64,000 nucleotides of DNA from Terriglobia bacterium (GCA_963664115.2 CAXWPJ010000002.1:736001-800000), one strand, 5' to 3'; shown: positions 50,412 to 61,297, counted from the stretch's first letter. Translations and numbers: made by a program. Notes: a model not told the origin generated them from the sequence alone.

Positions 50412-51116
50412 ATGAAGAACGTTTCGCTCCTGGCCGTGACATTGGCCGTAATGGTCGTACTCGGTGTGTGGGTCAACTCAGTGGAAGCTGGAGAACGCCG
50501 CACGGTCACGCTGAGCTATGGCGGGGGAGAGAATCTGTCCCTCACGGTTGTCCTGCCTCTGGGCTATACGCCGGACACCGAGTATCCGCTTGTCTTTGCC
50601 TTGCCGCCCGGACCGGGCACCCCGGAGATGGTCAACGCGTTTCTGGGCAACTACTGGCTCGATGAGGCGGATCGTAGGGGATATATTCTGGTTTCACCTG
50701 CCATATTTGGACCGAACCTTGAAGGCTCGGCCGCTGAGGTTGTCGACACGGTGTTCGACTGGGTCGGAGAGAATCTCAGTTACGATGCCGCGCGCGTCAC
50801 GCTGGCGGGTCAGTCCAACGGAGGACTTGGCGCGTTCCATCTAGCTCGTGCCGACCCGGATCGTTTTGGATCGATAGTGGTCATGCCGGGCGGTTATGGA
50901 TCGGCCGGCGATCTGGCTCAACTCGGTGGAAAGCCGGTCTTGTTGGCCGTTGGGGAGCGCGACACGCAGTGGGTCACGTTGACGAACCGCACGCGCGACC
51001 TTCTTGTGCTGGCCGGCGCCGCTCCGCGGGTCGATGTCATACCGGGTGCAGGCCATGTTTTCCCGTATCCTGTCGATACTCTGTTTGACTGGATCGAGCA
51101 GGCACACCCCGAGTAG
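50412..51116 (+). CDS. Exported alpha/beta hydrolase (esterase-like)
   Basis: GQSNGG, GERD, GAGH. Confidence 0.75.
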   Translation: MKNVSLLAVTLAVMVVLGVWVNSVEAGERRTVTLSYGGGENLSLTVVLPLGYTPDTEYPLVFALPPGPGTPEMVNAFLGNYWLDEADRRGYILVSPAIFGPNLEGSAAEVVDTVFDWVGENLSYDAARVTLAGQSNGGLGAFHLARADPDRFGSIVVMPGGYGSAGDLAQLGGKPVLLAVGERDTQWVTLTNRTRDLLVLAGAAPRVDVIPGAGHVFPYPVDTLFDWIEQAHPE

Positions 51117-51178
51117 CGGTGAACTGGGGCTGCGGACATTGCTTGGCATGGGCTCACCGAACCAACAGTTGAACGCAC

Positions 51179-51883
51179 ATGAACCTTGATAAAGCGACGG
51201 TCCTGGTCACGGGCGGAACGAGCGGCATCGGACGGGCCATAGCGGAGTCCTTGATAACTGCGGGCGCAAGCGTTGCGGTTACGGGTCGGGATTCCGCCCG
51301 GCTTGAGGAGACGGCCGGGGCATTGAGTGCTCTCCCGATTCAGGCGGACGTTGCGAATGAATCCGACGTGCAGCGGACCTACGAGCAAGTCTTCGATGCC
51401 TTCGGTCACCTGGACATACTGATCAACAACGCCGGTCACGGACTCTTCAAGCCCCTGGTGGACACCGATCGCACCGAGTTCGACCGAATCCTTCAGACGA
51501 ATGTGACGGGAGCGATGTTGATGGGACGCGAGGCAGCCCGGCATTTTGTTTCCCGGGGGGGCGGCAACATCGTCAATATTGCCTCGACGGGTGCGGTGCG
51601 CGGTGGACCCAACGGCACAGCCTACTACGCGAGCAAATTTGCCCTTCGGGGAATGACCGAATGCTGGCGGGCCGAACTCCGGCCCCACAATGTGCGGGTG
51701 TTCCTCATCAATCCCAGTGAGGTCATCACAAGTTTCGCCGCGACGGCCGGTTTCCCTCAGGATGACAATCCAACCAAGCTGCACGCGGAAGACATCGCCC
51801 ACATGGTAAAAGGCGTTCTGGAAATGGACGATCGCGGCTTCACGACCGAGTTGACGATCTTTGCGACGAATCCTAAGGACTAG
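51179..51883 (+). CDS. SDR family oxidoreductase
   Basis: TGGTSGIG, NNAG, YYASK. Confidence 0.92.
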   Translation: MNLDKATVLVTGGTSGIGRAIAESLITAGASVAVTGRDSARLEETAGALSALPIQADVANESDVQRTYEQVFDAFGHLDILINNAGHGLFKPLVDTDRTEFDRILQTNVTGAMLMGREAARHFVSRGGGNIVNIASTGAVRGGPNGTAYYASKFALRGMTECWRAELRPHNVRVFLINPSEVITSFAATAGFPQDDNPTKLHAEDIAHMVKGVLEMDDRGFTTELTIFATNPKD

Positions 51884-52150
51884 GTAGAGGAATGGGTGGG
51901 GTGGTCGCGATTTAAGATTTCGCTCGGTCGTTCAAACGGCCATCCTGGCCGAACGACCGGCGACCCTTGCCATCATCCTGATGGCAAGGGTTATTGGGAT
52001 CGGCCGAACGATTAAGCATTCCCCAATACGACCCGCAGCGTTCCTCGCTGCGGGTGAACAACGAGGCGGTAGCCGAGGCGTTTAGAGTAATAAGATGATT
52101 GGATCGGACCCGAACGAAGTTGCCAAGCAGGAAACTCCCAACCCCCGCCA

Positions 52151-52963
52151 CTAGCCAATCCGTGTAGCCGTTATCAGCGCATATCCCAGTTGACCTGCGT
52201 TGATGGCTTCAAGTGCCGCCTTGGCCATGTGTTTTGCGCTCGTGAAGTCCACGCCGTCCAGGTCGATCTTCTTGAGTCCGACTGCGATTTCCAGGCCCAG
52301 CAACTTCCCGCGAATCTGGTTGACCATTTGCGTGAGTGCATCGTCGTGAGCTGTGACCGAATCCATCCTGAAACCGGCCGCTTGAAGCATCTCCGTGTAG
52401 CCATCGACGGGTCGGGCGTCGGCGATACATGCCACCCACGCCATCAGGGAATCCAGAGCTTCAGGCAACGTGTCGCTGCGAGTGATGTCGCTGAGGCCGA
52501 GGCGGCTTCCTCTCCGCAGGACACGATGGAACTGGGCCCCCGCCTTCGCTTTGTCCGGGAAGGTACAAAAGGCACATTCGCAGATGATCGCGTCGAATGA
52601 TGCGTCTTCAAAAGGTAAAAGCTCGGAATCGCCCTGTTGGAATTGGACACGTCCACTGAGACCGCGTGCGGCGGCTTCCTCGTTTGCCATACGGACGTTG
52701 TCCGCTCCGTAATCCACACCCACGACTTCGCAATCAAAGGTTTCGGCAACATGAAGGGCACTCGTGCCGGTACCGGAGGCCACGTCCAGAACTCTCAGAC
52801 CAGGTTCGAGATTCAGTGCCTGTCCGAGTTCAGTGGTCAAGGCCAGTCCGCCCGGATGAAACGAGTCGCCCAGAAGCAGCCGAACAAAATCCTGTTCGTA
52901 AAGTTGCGCGCAGCAGGATTTGAGGTCTTGTCTGGCTGTGGGAAGATCCATCGATTCCTTCAT
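52151..52963 (-). CDS. Class I SAM-dependent methyltransferase
   Basis: VLDVASGTG, LPFEDASFD, CECAFC; N-terminal CC and WVAC reminiscent of ArsM-like proteins. Confidence 0.8.
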   Translation of the reverse strand: MKESMDLPTARQDLKSCCAQLYEQDFVRLLLGDSFHPGGLALTTELGQALNLEPGLRVLDVASGTGTSALHVAETFDCEVVGVDYGADNVRMANEEAAARGLSGRVQFQQGDSELLPFEDASFDAIICECAFCTFPDKAKAGAQFHRVLRRGSRLGLSDITRSDTLPEALDSLMAWVACIADARPVDGYTEMLQAAGFRMDSVTAHDDALTQMVNQIRGKLLGLEIAVGLKKIDLDGVDFTSAKHMAKAALEAINAGQLGYALITATRIG

Positions 52964-54468
52964 GAGTCACCCTTATTGAACGAGAAAGTAACCGGCTGTG
53001 GTTCGTATGGGGTGCCTTCTTTGCGAGCCTTGCGTCGTGCGGGTTCCATGCCGTCAAGCTGCGAACGGGCCTGTTCACGATAGCCCACTGTGTTGTATGC
53101 GCAGAACGGGATTTGTTTGCCACCGGGCAGGAGGAATTCCTTACAGCATTTCATCAGGTTCTTCTGATTGAACGTCCACGGATCCATGAAATCCTGCAAC
53201 ATGATCATGAGCACGTGTTCGGCTATATCGTCCACCGCGATCGATTCCGGAATGCCGCAGGCCTGACACGAGGCTAAGATCTGTCCGGAGGACTTATCGG
53301 AACCGGGAACTGAGGACGAGGACCACAAGCCTTCCAGAGCTTGTGTCACATCCTGGTTCCAGTCCGGCAGTGCGCGATTGGTGATGTAGTCCAGATAGTC
53401 GTCCACGTTGACGACGCGGGGTATGGGAGTCACGGTGTCCCCGTCGATGAACGCGTACGTCACCGAGTTGCATGTCGGAAAACAGCACGGGACAGGCACG
53501 AAATCGCTGACCACGAATTGCTTCTTCGTCTGTTCCTCGATCAACCGCAGAACGTCGGGTATCGTCATGCGTTCCATGGGATCGTGTGCCATATGACGAC
53601 CGGTGTGAAACGCCGGCTGGAAGTTGATGCCGCGGACGGCGGGGTGTTTGATCGCCAGGTCGATGATCTTTCCAAGCTCGTGATCGTTGACCGCACGCTC
53701 GATCGCAGGAACAAGCGTGACGCTCAGCCCTATTGCCGCAAGCCTGTCCAGCGCGCGGAGCTTCTGCTCGAGAATGTCGGGCTCGCCTCGAATGATTCGG
53801 TATGTTTCGCTGTCGAAACCGTCGAACTGAAAATAAATGGAAGGACGCGCCAGGTTGAGTTGTTCTAGAAACGCATCATCGGTGGCGATCCGTTTGCCGT
53901 TCGTATTGAGCATGACCATCGGAATACCACGGGCCTTGGCCGCGCCGATGAAATCGATAATCTGCGGATGAATCGTCGGCTCCCCGCCGGAAAACTGGAC
54001 GACTTCGGGGTCGCCCTCGGTACGAACAAAGTCGTCCAGCATTCCCTCAACCTCTTCCAGAGTGAGGCTGAAGCCGGGACCGGCTTCGGAGAAGCAGAGC
54101 GGGCAGCTCATATTGCAGGCGCTGTTTACTTCTATGATTCCGAGACATGCATGCTGCTGGTGATCCGGACACAGACCACAATCATGAGGGCATCCGTCCT
54201 GAATGTCCGTTCCGAAAGCCAAGGGAATAGTGCCGGGCTTGTTGTACTTGCTCTGGGCGACATACATCTGGGCGTCGCCGTATACCAATCCCTCAAAGGG
54301 CCCACATTCCGGGCAGCGTTTGCGCATGTAGACCTTGTTGTTGCGCAACAGGATCTGGGCATCGATCACCTTGCGGCATTCCGGACAGATGCTGCGTGTG
54401 AGTTCGTAGAAGATGTAGTCGGCGTCTTTCTTCTTTGGTGTTTCGGAAGGCGAAACCTGTTTTGCCAT
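52960..54468 (-). CDS. Radical SAM enzyme of MJ0619/tetraether synthase (Tes)-like family
   Basis: CPEC...CPEC, CPHDCGLCPDH, CNMSCPLC, SGGEPT, C-terminal KCC and IPFCAYN. Confidence 0.75.
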   Translation of the reverse strand: MAKQVSPSETPKKKDADYIFYELTRSICPECRKVIDAQILLRNNKVYMRKRCPECGPFEGLVYGDAQMYVAQSKYNKPGTIPLAFGTDIQDGCPHDCGLCPDHQQHACLGIIEVNSACNMSCPLCFSEAGPGFSLTLEEVEGMLDDFVRTEGDPEVVQFSGGEPTIHPQIIDFIGAAKARGIPMVMLNTNGKRIATDDAFLEQLNLARPSIYFQFDGFDSETYRIIRGEPDILEQKLRALDRLAAIGLSVTLVPAIERAVNDHELGKIIDLAIKHPAVRGINFQPAFHTGRHMAHDPMERMTIPDVLRLIEEQTKKQFVVSDFVPVPCCFPTCNSVTYAFIDGDTVTPIPRVVNVDDYLDYITNRALPDWNQDVTQALEGLWSSSSVPGSDKSSGQILASCQACGIPESIAVDDIAEHVLMIMLQDFMDPWTFNQKNLMKCCKEFLLPGGKQIPFCAYNTVGYREQARSQLDGMEPARRKARKEGTPYEPQPVTFSFNKGDS

Positions 54469-54488
54469 CGTTCCTCCAGCGGGCTGTA

Positions 54489-55898
54489 TCACCGCAACAG
54501 TTTTGAAATTCCCCGGATCACTTTTCCCTTAGTGCCGGTGAGTGTCTGTTCGACGGCGACGTCCGCAGCGAGTTGCCCCACGGCAGTTGAATACGTTGGA
54601 TAGGGGTGCATCGTAGCGGCCAAGTCTCTGAGGCGCAGCTTCCTCTCGATCGCAATGACGAACTCCGTGATGACTTCGCCGGCCCGCCCCGCCACGATCG
54701 TTGCACCCAGAATGATGTCGTCGGCCCCTGTAACGACTTTGAGAAAACCTCGAATATCGTTTTCGCAGACGGCGCGATCGACATGGCTCATTCCCCGGCG
54801 GTGCACCCGGACCGCGTTGCCGAATTGATTTCGAGCTTCTCCCTCGCTCAAGCCAATATGCGCTATCTCAGGATCCGTGTATGTGACCCATGGCACGATA
54901 GAGGTGAATCCGGAGCTGTGGCCGGGAAGCAGGGCATTGCGAACTGCCTGGAATCCCTGCCATGCCGCAAAGTGTGTGAACTGAACCCCACCCGTGACGT
55001 CGCCCGCCGCGTATATGTGTTTGACACTGGTGCGCAGTTGGTCGTCGACCTCGATGCCCTTCGGGGTGTGCCGGACGCCGGCTTTGTCCAGGCCGAGTGT
55101 CTCCAGGTTTGGGGCGCGGCCTGTGGCTACCAGTAGCAGTTCCGACCGGTTCTGGCCCGACGGTGTATCTATGATCACGTAGCTACCGTCATGATAAACC
55201 CGGGTTGCCAGGCCTTCCAGAAATCGAATGCCCTCACCTCGGAGAACTTCCAGCATGAGCTCTCGCGCTTCAGGCTCTTCTCTCGGCAAGAGCGCGACGT
55301 CGATTATCGTGACCTGGGAACCCAGCCGCTGGTAGGCCTGGGCCAACTCGACGCCGATCGGTCCGGCGCCGATGATCGCCATGGTTTTGGGAAGGCGGTC
55401 GATGTCGAAGACCTGTTCGTATGTGATGAATGGGGTTTTCTCCAAGCCCGGAATAGGTGGCAGCATCGGACGGGCGCCGGTCGTGATCAGAAACGCTTTC
55501 GCCTTGAGGAGCCGGTCACCGGCCAGCAGAGTTTCCTCATCCACGAACTCGGCCGCGGCTTGAATGACTGCGACACCAGCCTCCTGGAACGTTTCGGGTG
55601 TCTCGTACTGGTAAACCTGACGGATGGCTGCGCTCACGTAGCGCTTCACCTGGCTCATATCGACAGTTGGAGGGGACACGGTTATACCGTAATGTGACGC
55701 CGTGCGCGCCTCGTGCGCGACCTTGGCGGCTTTGAGCAGCGCTTTGCTCGGGACACAGCCCGTCCAGGTGCAGTCGCCTCCGATGCGGTCTTTTTCGACC
55801 AGAGCTGTTCTCGCTCCCAGCTTCGCGGCAAAATTCGCTGCCGTTATTCCGCCCGATCCCGCACCGACGATTACAAGGTCGAATGGTGATTCCATCAA
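54489..55898 (-). CDS. Pyridine nucleotide-disulfide oxidoreductase (LpdA/MerA-like)
   Basis: GAGSGG, GGDCTWTGCVPSK, HPYPT; no C-terminal CC. Confidence 0.85.
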   Translation of the reverse strand: MMESPFDLVIVGAGSGGITAANFAAKLGARTALVEKDRIGGDCTWTGCVPSKALLKAAKVAHEARTASHYGITVSPPTVDMSQVKRYVSAAIRQVYQYETPETFQEAGVAVIQAAAEFVDEETLLAGDRLLKAKAFLITTGARPMLPPIPGLEKTPFITYEQVFDIDRLPKTMAIIGAGPIGVELAQAYQRLGSQVTIIDVALLPREEPEARELMLEVLRGEGIRFLEGLATRVYHDGSYVIIDTPSGQNRSELLLVATGRAPNLETLGLDKAGVRHTPKGIEVDDQLRTSVKHIYAAGDVTGGVQFTHFAAWQGFQAVRNALLPGHSSGFTSIVPWVTYTDPEIAHIGLSEGEARNQFGNAVRVHRRGMSHVDRAVCENDIRGFLKVVTGADDIILGATIVAGRAGEVITEFVIAIERKLRLRDLAATMHPYPTYSTAVGQLAADVAVEQTLTGTKGKVIRGISKLLR

Positions 55899-57283
55899 AG
55901 TGAGTCCCTCTCCGGAAGATTACGAATGGTTACCAGCGCCACTACGACCAGCGCCACGGTCCCGTGTATCAATCCGTCCACCCCGAACGCCGCTCCGAGA
56001 ACACTTCCGATCAGAGCGCCCAGCAGCGCTCCGACACCAAGCAGTGCCGAATATATTCCCATCGTTGCCCCGCGACCGGCCGCACCCCCGACGATATCTG
56101 CAAGCAGGGCCAGAGCTCCCGGCGTGAACCCGCTCTCAACCATCACCGCCGCAGCCAGAAACACCAGTAGTCCCAGCCGTGGGGCGTTTCCCAACGCGGG
56201 AGTATGATTCAAGACATATAGCCCTGCACACACGACCAGTGTTGCCGTCAATCCGGCCACGAGAACTGTTTTTCTATCGACGCGGTCGAGAAAGAAACTC
56301 CAGATCGTCACGCCGATCGCAAACACGAGGGCGTATCCAAGAAACACCCAGCCGACCTGTTCCGGGTTGTCCGCGAACAATCCGTTCAAATACTGCGTAC
56401 TTTCCTGTCGCAGCGTGAGAAGGAAAGTGACCATCGGGCCCAACCAGAGACCCACGATCGCATTGATCGCGATCCATGCGGGTGCAAGCATCCTGATCGA
56501 GGGGTCTCCCAGTGCCCGTCTCAGTCCTTCGAACGCTTCGACCGTGCTCCGGGATTCGGCCGTTTCCGCGCCAAACCAGAAGGTGGCTGAACTCGCCAGA
56601 TATATGCCGGCCATCGCGACAAATGCGCCCGTTCCCAAAAGCTGCCAGAGACCCGCACCGATCGGGGCTCCAAGGGCAAGGCCTGCCAGGAGAGTCAGTT
56701 CAAACAGAGCCATCACGCGGCCACGCATGTTAAGCCCGTCTTCGGTCAGGTCTGTCAGGTAGGCTAGGATAGCCGGTGAGCTGGCCGCCCATGCGCTTCC
56801 GTCGACGCTACGGGCAACGAAGAATGCTGGTACTGAGCGGGCCACTCCCAGCAGGCCCATCCCGGCTGCACCAAGCAGGCCGCTTCCAATCATCAGGAAG
56901 CGGGGAGACAGACGGTCTGCAAGAATCCCCATCGGCAGTGCCCCGATCAGTTCCGCACCGTAGGCCACCGCACCGAGGAGGCCCACGATCGCCGCGTTCA
57001 CGTCCTGACCTTGATTTCCGAGGTCGGCAAAGTAGAGTCCAACCAGAACGCCGCCGGCCCCGCCCGCGATTCGGACGAGCGCGTTTCCCGCGAGCACGAC
57101 GGGCCAGCGCCGACTATCGTTTCGCAATGAATGTGTTTCCACGTCGTTAAGAGAGGGTGCCCGAAGATTCACCAACCCTCGTGCGAGAGTTTCACCCGGC
57201 CTGCCCATGCTACTGCTTCGTGCGTTCCGGAATCCAAATTTCGGGTTAAGGAAATTCGAAATCGCCGCAGACTGGGGGGACAC
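55895..57283 (-). CDS. MFS transporter
   Basis: About 12 TM helices, GILADRLSPR motif A; start uncertain. Confidence 0.8.
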   Translation of the reverse strand: MSPQSAAISNFLNPKFGFRNARSSSMGRPGETLARGLVNLRAPSLNDVETHSLRNDSRRWPVVLAGNALVRIAGGAGGVLVGLYFADLGNQGQDVNAAIVGLLGAVAYGAELIGALPMGILADRLSPRFLMIGSGLLGAAGMGLLGVARSVPAFFVARSVDGSAWAASSPAILAYLTDLTEDGLNMRGRVMALFELTLLAGLALGAPIGAGLWQLLGTGAFVAMAGIYLASSATFWFGAETAESRSTVEAFEGLRRALGDPSIRMLAPAWIAINAIVGLWLGPMVTFLLTLRQESTQYLNGLFADNPEQVGWVFLGYALVFAIGVTIWSFFLDRVDRKTVLVAGLTATLVVCAGLYVLNHTPALGNAPRLGLLVFLAAAVMVESGFTPGALALLADIVGGAAGRGATMGIYSALLGVGALLGALIGSVLGAAFGVDGLIHGTVALVVVALVTIRNLPERDSL

Positions 57284-57344
57284 AAATCCCGAAAATTAAT
57301 GAATATAGCAAGTCAGGTGGATGTTGCCGGTGGGATGTCTTACA

Positions 57345-57436
57345 GAAGGGGACGTGAAGGGAACGGCCACTTCAGCCGAAATATACTCGTCACGCCCCAA
57401 TTTCGCATGAAGTGTCCGTCCCCTTCACGTCCCTTC
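57345..57436. repeat. REP-like inverted repeat doublet
   Basis: gaaggggacgtgaagggaacggccacttca ... tgaagtgtccgtccccttcacgtcccttc. Confidence 0.8.
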
Positions 57437-59945
57437 AAAACTGATACCGCATGCCGGCCTGGATTCGCCGTGGCGAACTGGCGCTGGTGGAGAGCCCGAA
57501 GTTTTTCGAGCTTAAGGTGCCACTCGGAGTGCCCAGGTTGGTCATGTTGAAGGCGTTGCTCAGATTGGCGAAGACGCTGACCCGGGATCTGCCAGCCAAT
57601 TCAAGTGCTTTCGACAGATTGAACCCCCAAGTCAGCGAATTTGGACCGGTTTCGCTGTTGCGGACGAGGATGGCCTGTCCCGGCTCGGGATCCAGATCAA
57701 AGGCCCCGAAATCTGTTATGACAACACCGGGTCGGGTGAGGTCGGTAGCGAGAGCGGGCCGGTCTGTGAACTCACCGTCCCTGTTGTTGTCCTTACCCGT
57801 CGTGATCGAGTACATGTCGCCGCTCGTGAAGTTGACCACAGTTGTTAGATAGACATCCCACGGCAACCTCGAGTTGACGCTCGCGTTGAGGCGGTGTGTC
57901 TGTCTCAGGCCCGCACGGCCCCAGTCCCCTCGAAGATCGTAGCTGTTTGCAGGAAGCCGTCTTCCGTCGCCGTCGCTATGGCCCACGTTACCGCTGTAGT
58001 CGACGTTGATGTTGAAGATGCTGAAACGTTGTCGCAATCGGACTTTGAAATTCTTGTGTATGGATAGTCCGCTCGATTCCAGTTGGAGAATGTCACCTTC
58101 TTCGGGAACAGGCCGGATGCCGTCGGGATGTTCGTCGCTGAGCGTTCCGGGCAGGGGGGCGTTGGTGTTGCGCATACGGCGCATCTTGAGGCCTCGGTTG
58201 TAGTCGAAACTCACTGTCAGGAAGAGGTTGGCTGGCAGGCTCTGCTCAACCGAGATCAGCGAACTGAAGTAGTAACCGGAGAGGAAGTCCGGTGCGAGGA
58301 CGCGACGCGAGGGAGGCGGAATAGCTTCAAGATCACCCGCCTGGTAGGGATCCGGCCAGCCCGGATCCGAAATTCGAATCCGGTGTTGACGTGTTCCATC
58401 CTCTTGCAAGACCCTCCGAAACTCCCAGTGGTTGAGCCGCTGATGAAAGAGTCCTGTGCCACCCCGGACGACGGTCGAGTTTCCCACCGCATACGCAAAT
58501 CCCAAACGGGGATCGAAATCGTTGCGGTCGTTGAGATTGTTCTGCGTCGAGTAGAGCAGGCCGAGGTTCAGGGTAAAACGGTTGCTCAGCCGCAAATCAC
58601 TCTGGACGAAAAATTCACTGTCGACTTGGGTTTGTTCGAATCCAGGATCACCCACGTTGACATCGTACTGCTCGGGTTGGCCGCTCCGGAATTTGTCCAG
58701 ATCCGAGAAGGTAAACCGGCCTTCAAAATTACTTTGCTGTATAGAATTTTCATCCCAATAGTCTATCTTGCTCCCCGCTCTCAGCCTCAGACGGGAGCCT
58801 TCGTAATAGAGAAGGTTTTTGAACTGCATGCTCGTGGCGTCGAGTTCATTGCGATTCTGACCGCCACCGCCATTGAAAGCGTCCAGGACGTTGATCGCCT
58901 GTCCCGTCGTGATGGGAATCGTTTCATTGGATTGGTCGTTCCATGAAAAGCTGGTCTCGTGAACTGTGTTGTCAGAGAAGACAGTGATCTGCCGCAAGTC
59001 GAAGCCGACACTTTGTTCGGACGAATTGGAACCGCGTTCAGGCAAGGTGAAACGGCCGATACCGTTGTTTTCTTCCGATTCGGAATCGTACTCTACGCCA
59101 AAATGAAGGGAATTCGCCTCGTTGAGCTGAAGAATGCCTTCCGCTTCGTAATTCTTCGAGACACGGGGTCGTGTAATGCCGAGCGTAAACGGCCCCTCCA
59201 GCGTCTGTGCAACCACACTCCCCACGTTTTCCTGCCTGTTGTTGTCGATGGAGAAGCTGGCGGTGAGGCGGTCTTGAATGACGGGACCACTGATGTTTCC
59301 ACTGATGGCGCGTTCGCGAGACTCAGGTTTGTTATCCGCAGTCGGGTTGCGGGCGTTTAAGGCATCGTCTTCGAATTCCGCGATAAAATTTCCGTGGAAG
59401 GCGCCCGATCCGCCACGTTCGATGACTTCGGTCCGCTGGCCCCCCTGAGGCCCGTTGCTTCCCGACCGTCCGTTCTCGACATTGAACGTATTGTTCGTGA
59501 CGCGGATCTGCTGAATCTGGCTGACCTCGGTGCCGGCTTCTTCCGCACCGTCGATCGTTGCTGCGAGTGTTCCACCTTGAGACTCGAACTCTTCGACCGC
59601 GGCCCTTTGATCGATTGTCAGGTAATCGGAGAGCTTGGCCCGGAAGGCATCATGGATCCACTGGATACTTGCAAGAGCGCGGTCACGCTCCGCTCCCTCC
59701 GGTATTCCATCGCTGAAATCCATGATGTCCCCGAAGAGACTCTCCGAGGCCTGGCGTTGTTCCTCAACGAGCAGGGTCACCTGGCCTTCCTGTGCCGGGG
59801 TAAAAGGAACGCCTGCTTCAGCCAGGACTCGGGAGAGTTGCTCTTTGAGCTGGTCAAGCGGATTCTGGGTGACCAACTGCGCGTGGGCGGGCAGGGTCGC
59901 CAGAACAAGACATAGAACCAGTTGACGTAAATACATTATTCGCAT
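57435..59945 (-). CDS. TonB-dependent-receptor-like outer membrane beta-barrel
   Basis: ALNARN, PRLGFAY, VVRGGTG, C-terminal RRIQAGMRYQF. Confidence 0.8.
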   Translation of the reverse strand: MRIMYLRQLVLCLVLATLPAHAQLVTQNPLDQLKEQLSRVLAEAGVPFTPAQEGQVTLLVEEQRQASESLFGDIMDFSDGIPEGAERDRALASIQWIHDAFRAKLSDYLTIDQRAAVEEFESQGGTLAATIDGAEEAGTEVSQIQQIRVTNNTFNVENGRSGSNGPQGGQRTEVIERGGSGAFHGNFIAEFEDDALNARNPTADNKPESRERAISGNISGPVIQDRLTASFSIDNNRQENVGSVVAQTLEGPFTLGITRPRVSKNYEAEGILQLNEANSLHFGVEYDSESEENNGIGRFTLPERGSNSSEQSVGFDLRQITVFSDNTVHETSFSWNDQSNETIPITTGQAINVLDAFNGGGGQNRNELDATSMQFKNLLYYEGSRLRLRAGSKIDYWDENSIQQSNFEGRFTFSDLDKFRSGQPEQYDVNVGDPGFEQTQVDSEFFVQSDLRLSNRFTLNLGLLYSTQNNLNDRNDFDPRLGFAYAVGNSTVVRGGTGLFHQRLNHWEFRRVLQEDGTRQHRIRISDPGWPDPYQAGDLEAIPPPSRRVLAPDFLSGYYFSSLISVEQSLPANLFLTVSFDYNRGLKMRRMRNTNAPLPGTLSDEHPDGIRPVPEEGDILQLESSGLSIHKNFKVRLRQRFSIFNINVDYSGNVGHSDGDGRRLPANSYDLRGDWGRAGLRQTHRLNASVNSRLPWDVYLTTVVNFTSGDMYSITTGKDNNRDGEFTDRPALATDLTRPGVVITDFGAFDLDPEPGQAILVRNSETGPNSLTWGFNLSKALELAGRSRVSVFANLSNAFNMTNLGTPSGTLSSKNFGLSTSASSPRRIQAGMRYQF

Positions 59946-60174
59946 CGAAGGCGTGCAGAATCAAAGACTTCATCGATTCTAACGAGATGACAGGGTTTTG
60001 TCTAAGCCCGAGTCGGTCCCGCTTGACCCGGAACCGGCAAAACCTCTTGACGCTCCAAGCCCCGAAGATGATCATGGGCACACAGCTTCTTGGCGAAGTT
60101 GTTTACTGATGATTCGGGCAAGGATTCGGATTGCCTCTCGCACCTTATGCTCAGGGTGCGGGTTTGGAGAGCTT

Positions 60175-61188
60175 ATGAAATCGAGAACAGTGCTTGTTGG
60201 GGTATCGTGTCTTGTCGGGGCCGCGCTCGTTCTGGCCCAGGCCCAGGCACAGGAAGTGCGACCGGGCGAAAGGGAATGGCTTGTCCGGGCGATTGCTGGC
60301 GTTGTCGCTTCCGGAGCCGAGTGGACGCTGGCCTGGGACGGCTATGACAATGCGGACGGAATTGTCGGTGCCCCCGACGGCAGCCTTCTGTTTGCTCAGG
60401 AACAGCCCAGCCGAGTGCGCAGGCTCGCGCCCGACGACAGCACCTCGGTTTACATGGAGGGCACCGGTCACGCCGGATCCATCGCCATTGATTCCGAGGG
60501 CCGTCTGCTTGCTGTACAGCGGGGTTGCACGGACCCGGGGCGACCTGCCGAAATTGAATGCAGCGTAGCGCCGAAACTCAGTGTCCTGGCTCCGGATTAC
60601 GAGGTCCGGGTGGACAGGTTTTCAAACGGCGACGCGTTTGGCCGGCTCAACGACCTGGTTGTCGATCGCAGGGGCGGCGCGTACTTCACGGTCGGAGGCG
60701 CCTACTACGCCAGTCCGGACGGCGAAGTGATCACGGTTGCTGCGGCCGGTGATATCCGTTCAAACGGGATTACGCTCAGCCGGGACGAACGAACCTTGTA
60801 CGTGACCAACCGCGAGGTCGTCGTCGCTTTCGATGTGCAGCCGGATGGGTCGGTGCGCAACCGCCGTGATTTCGGCACACTCGATGGAGATGGCGGCGGT
60901 GACGGGATGACCATCGATGCCGAAGGCCGGGTCTACGTAACCGGAAACCTGGGTGTCCATGTGCTGAGCCCGGAGGGAGAGCATCTCGGAATGATTCCGA
61001 CGCCGCGCCGTCCCATAACCGTTGCCTTCGCCGGACCCGAGAAGAAGACCCTTTATATTGTAGGTAGCGGGGCCGTTGACGTCTTCAGAGAACGGAATTT
61101 TGAAACCCCTGAGGGTGTTCGCAATAATTCGAAGACCATATACAAGATTCCCATGCTGGCCGAAGGATTCCAGGGGCGGGCAAAGTAG
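60175..61188 (+). CDS. SMP-30/gluconolactonase/LRE family protein
   Basis: LNDLVV, NGITLS, DGMTID, AFAGP. Confidence 0.88.
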   Translation: MKSRTVLVGVSCLVGAALVLAQAQAQEVRPGEREWLVRAIAGVVASGAEWTLAWDGYDNADGIVGAPDGSLLFAQEQPSRVRRLAPDDSTSVYMEGTGHAGSIAIDSEGRLLAVQRGCTDPGRPAEIECSVAPKLSVLAPDYEVRVDRFSNGDAFGRLNDLVVDRRGGAYFTVGGAYYASPDGEVITVAAAGDIRSNGITLSRDERTLYVTNREVVVAFDVQPDGSVRNRRDFGTLDGDGGGDGMTIDAEGRVYVTGNLGVHVLSPEGEHLGMIPTPRRPITVAFAGPEKKTLYIVGSGAVDVFRERNFETPEGVRNNSKTIYKIPMLAEGFQGRAK

Positions 61189-61297
61189 AGGTCTCATCTG
61201 GGATTCTCGACGATGCCGCTGATGCAGATGACGTCTGCATGTGTTCTTGGCATTCATATCGCTGGTTTTTCCCCGCGCGCGCGGGATTGGAGAAATT

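Noticed and set aside
54489-55898. merA
   Set aside because: No C-terminal Cys pair, no NmerA domain and no mer genes
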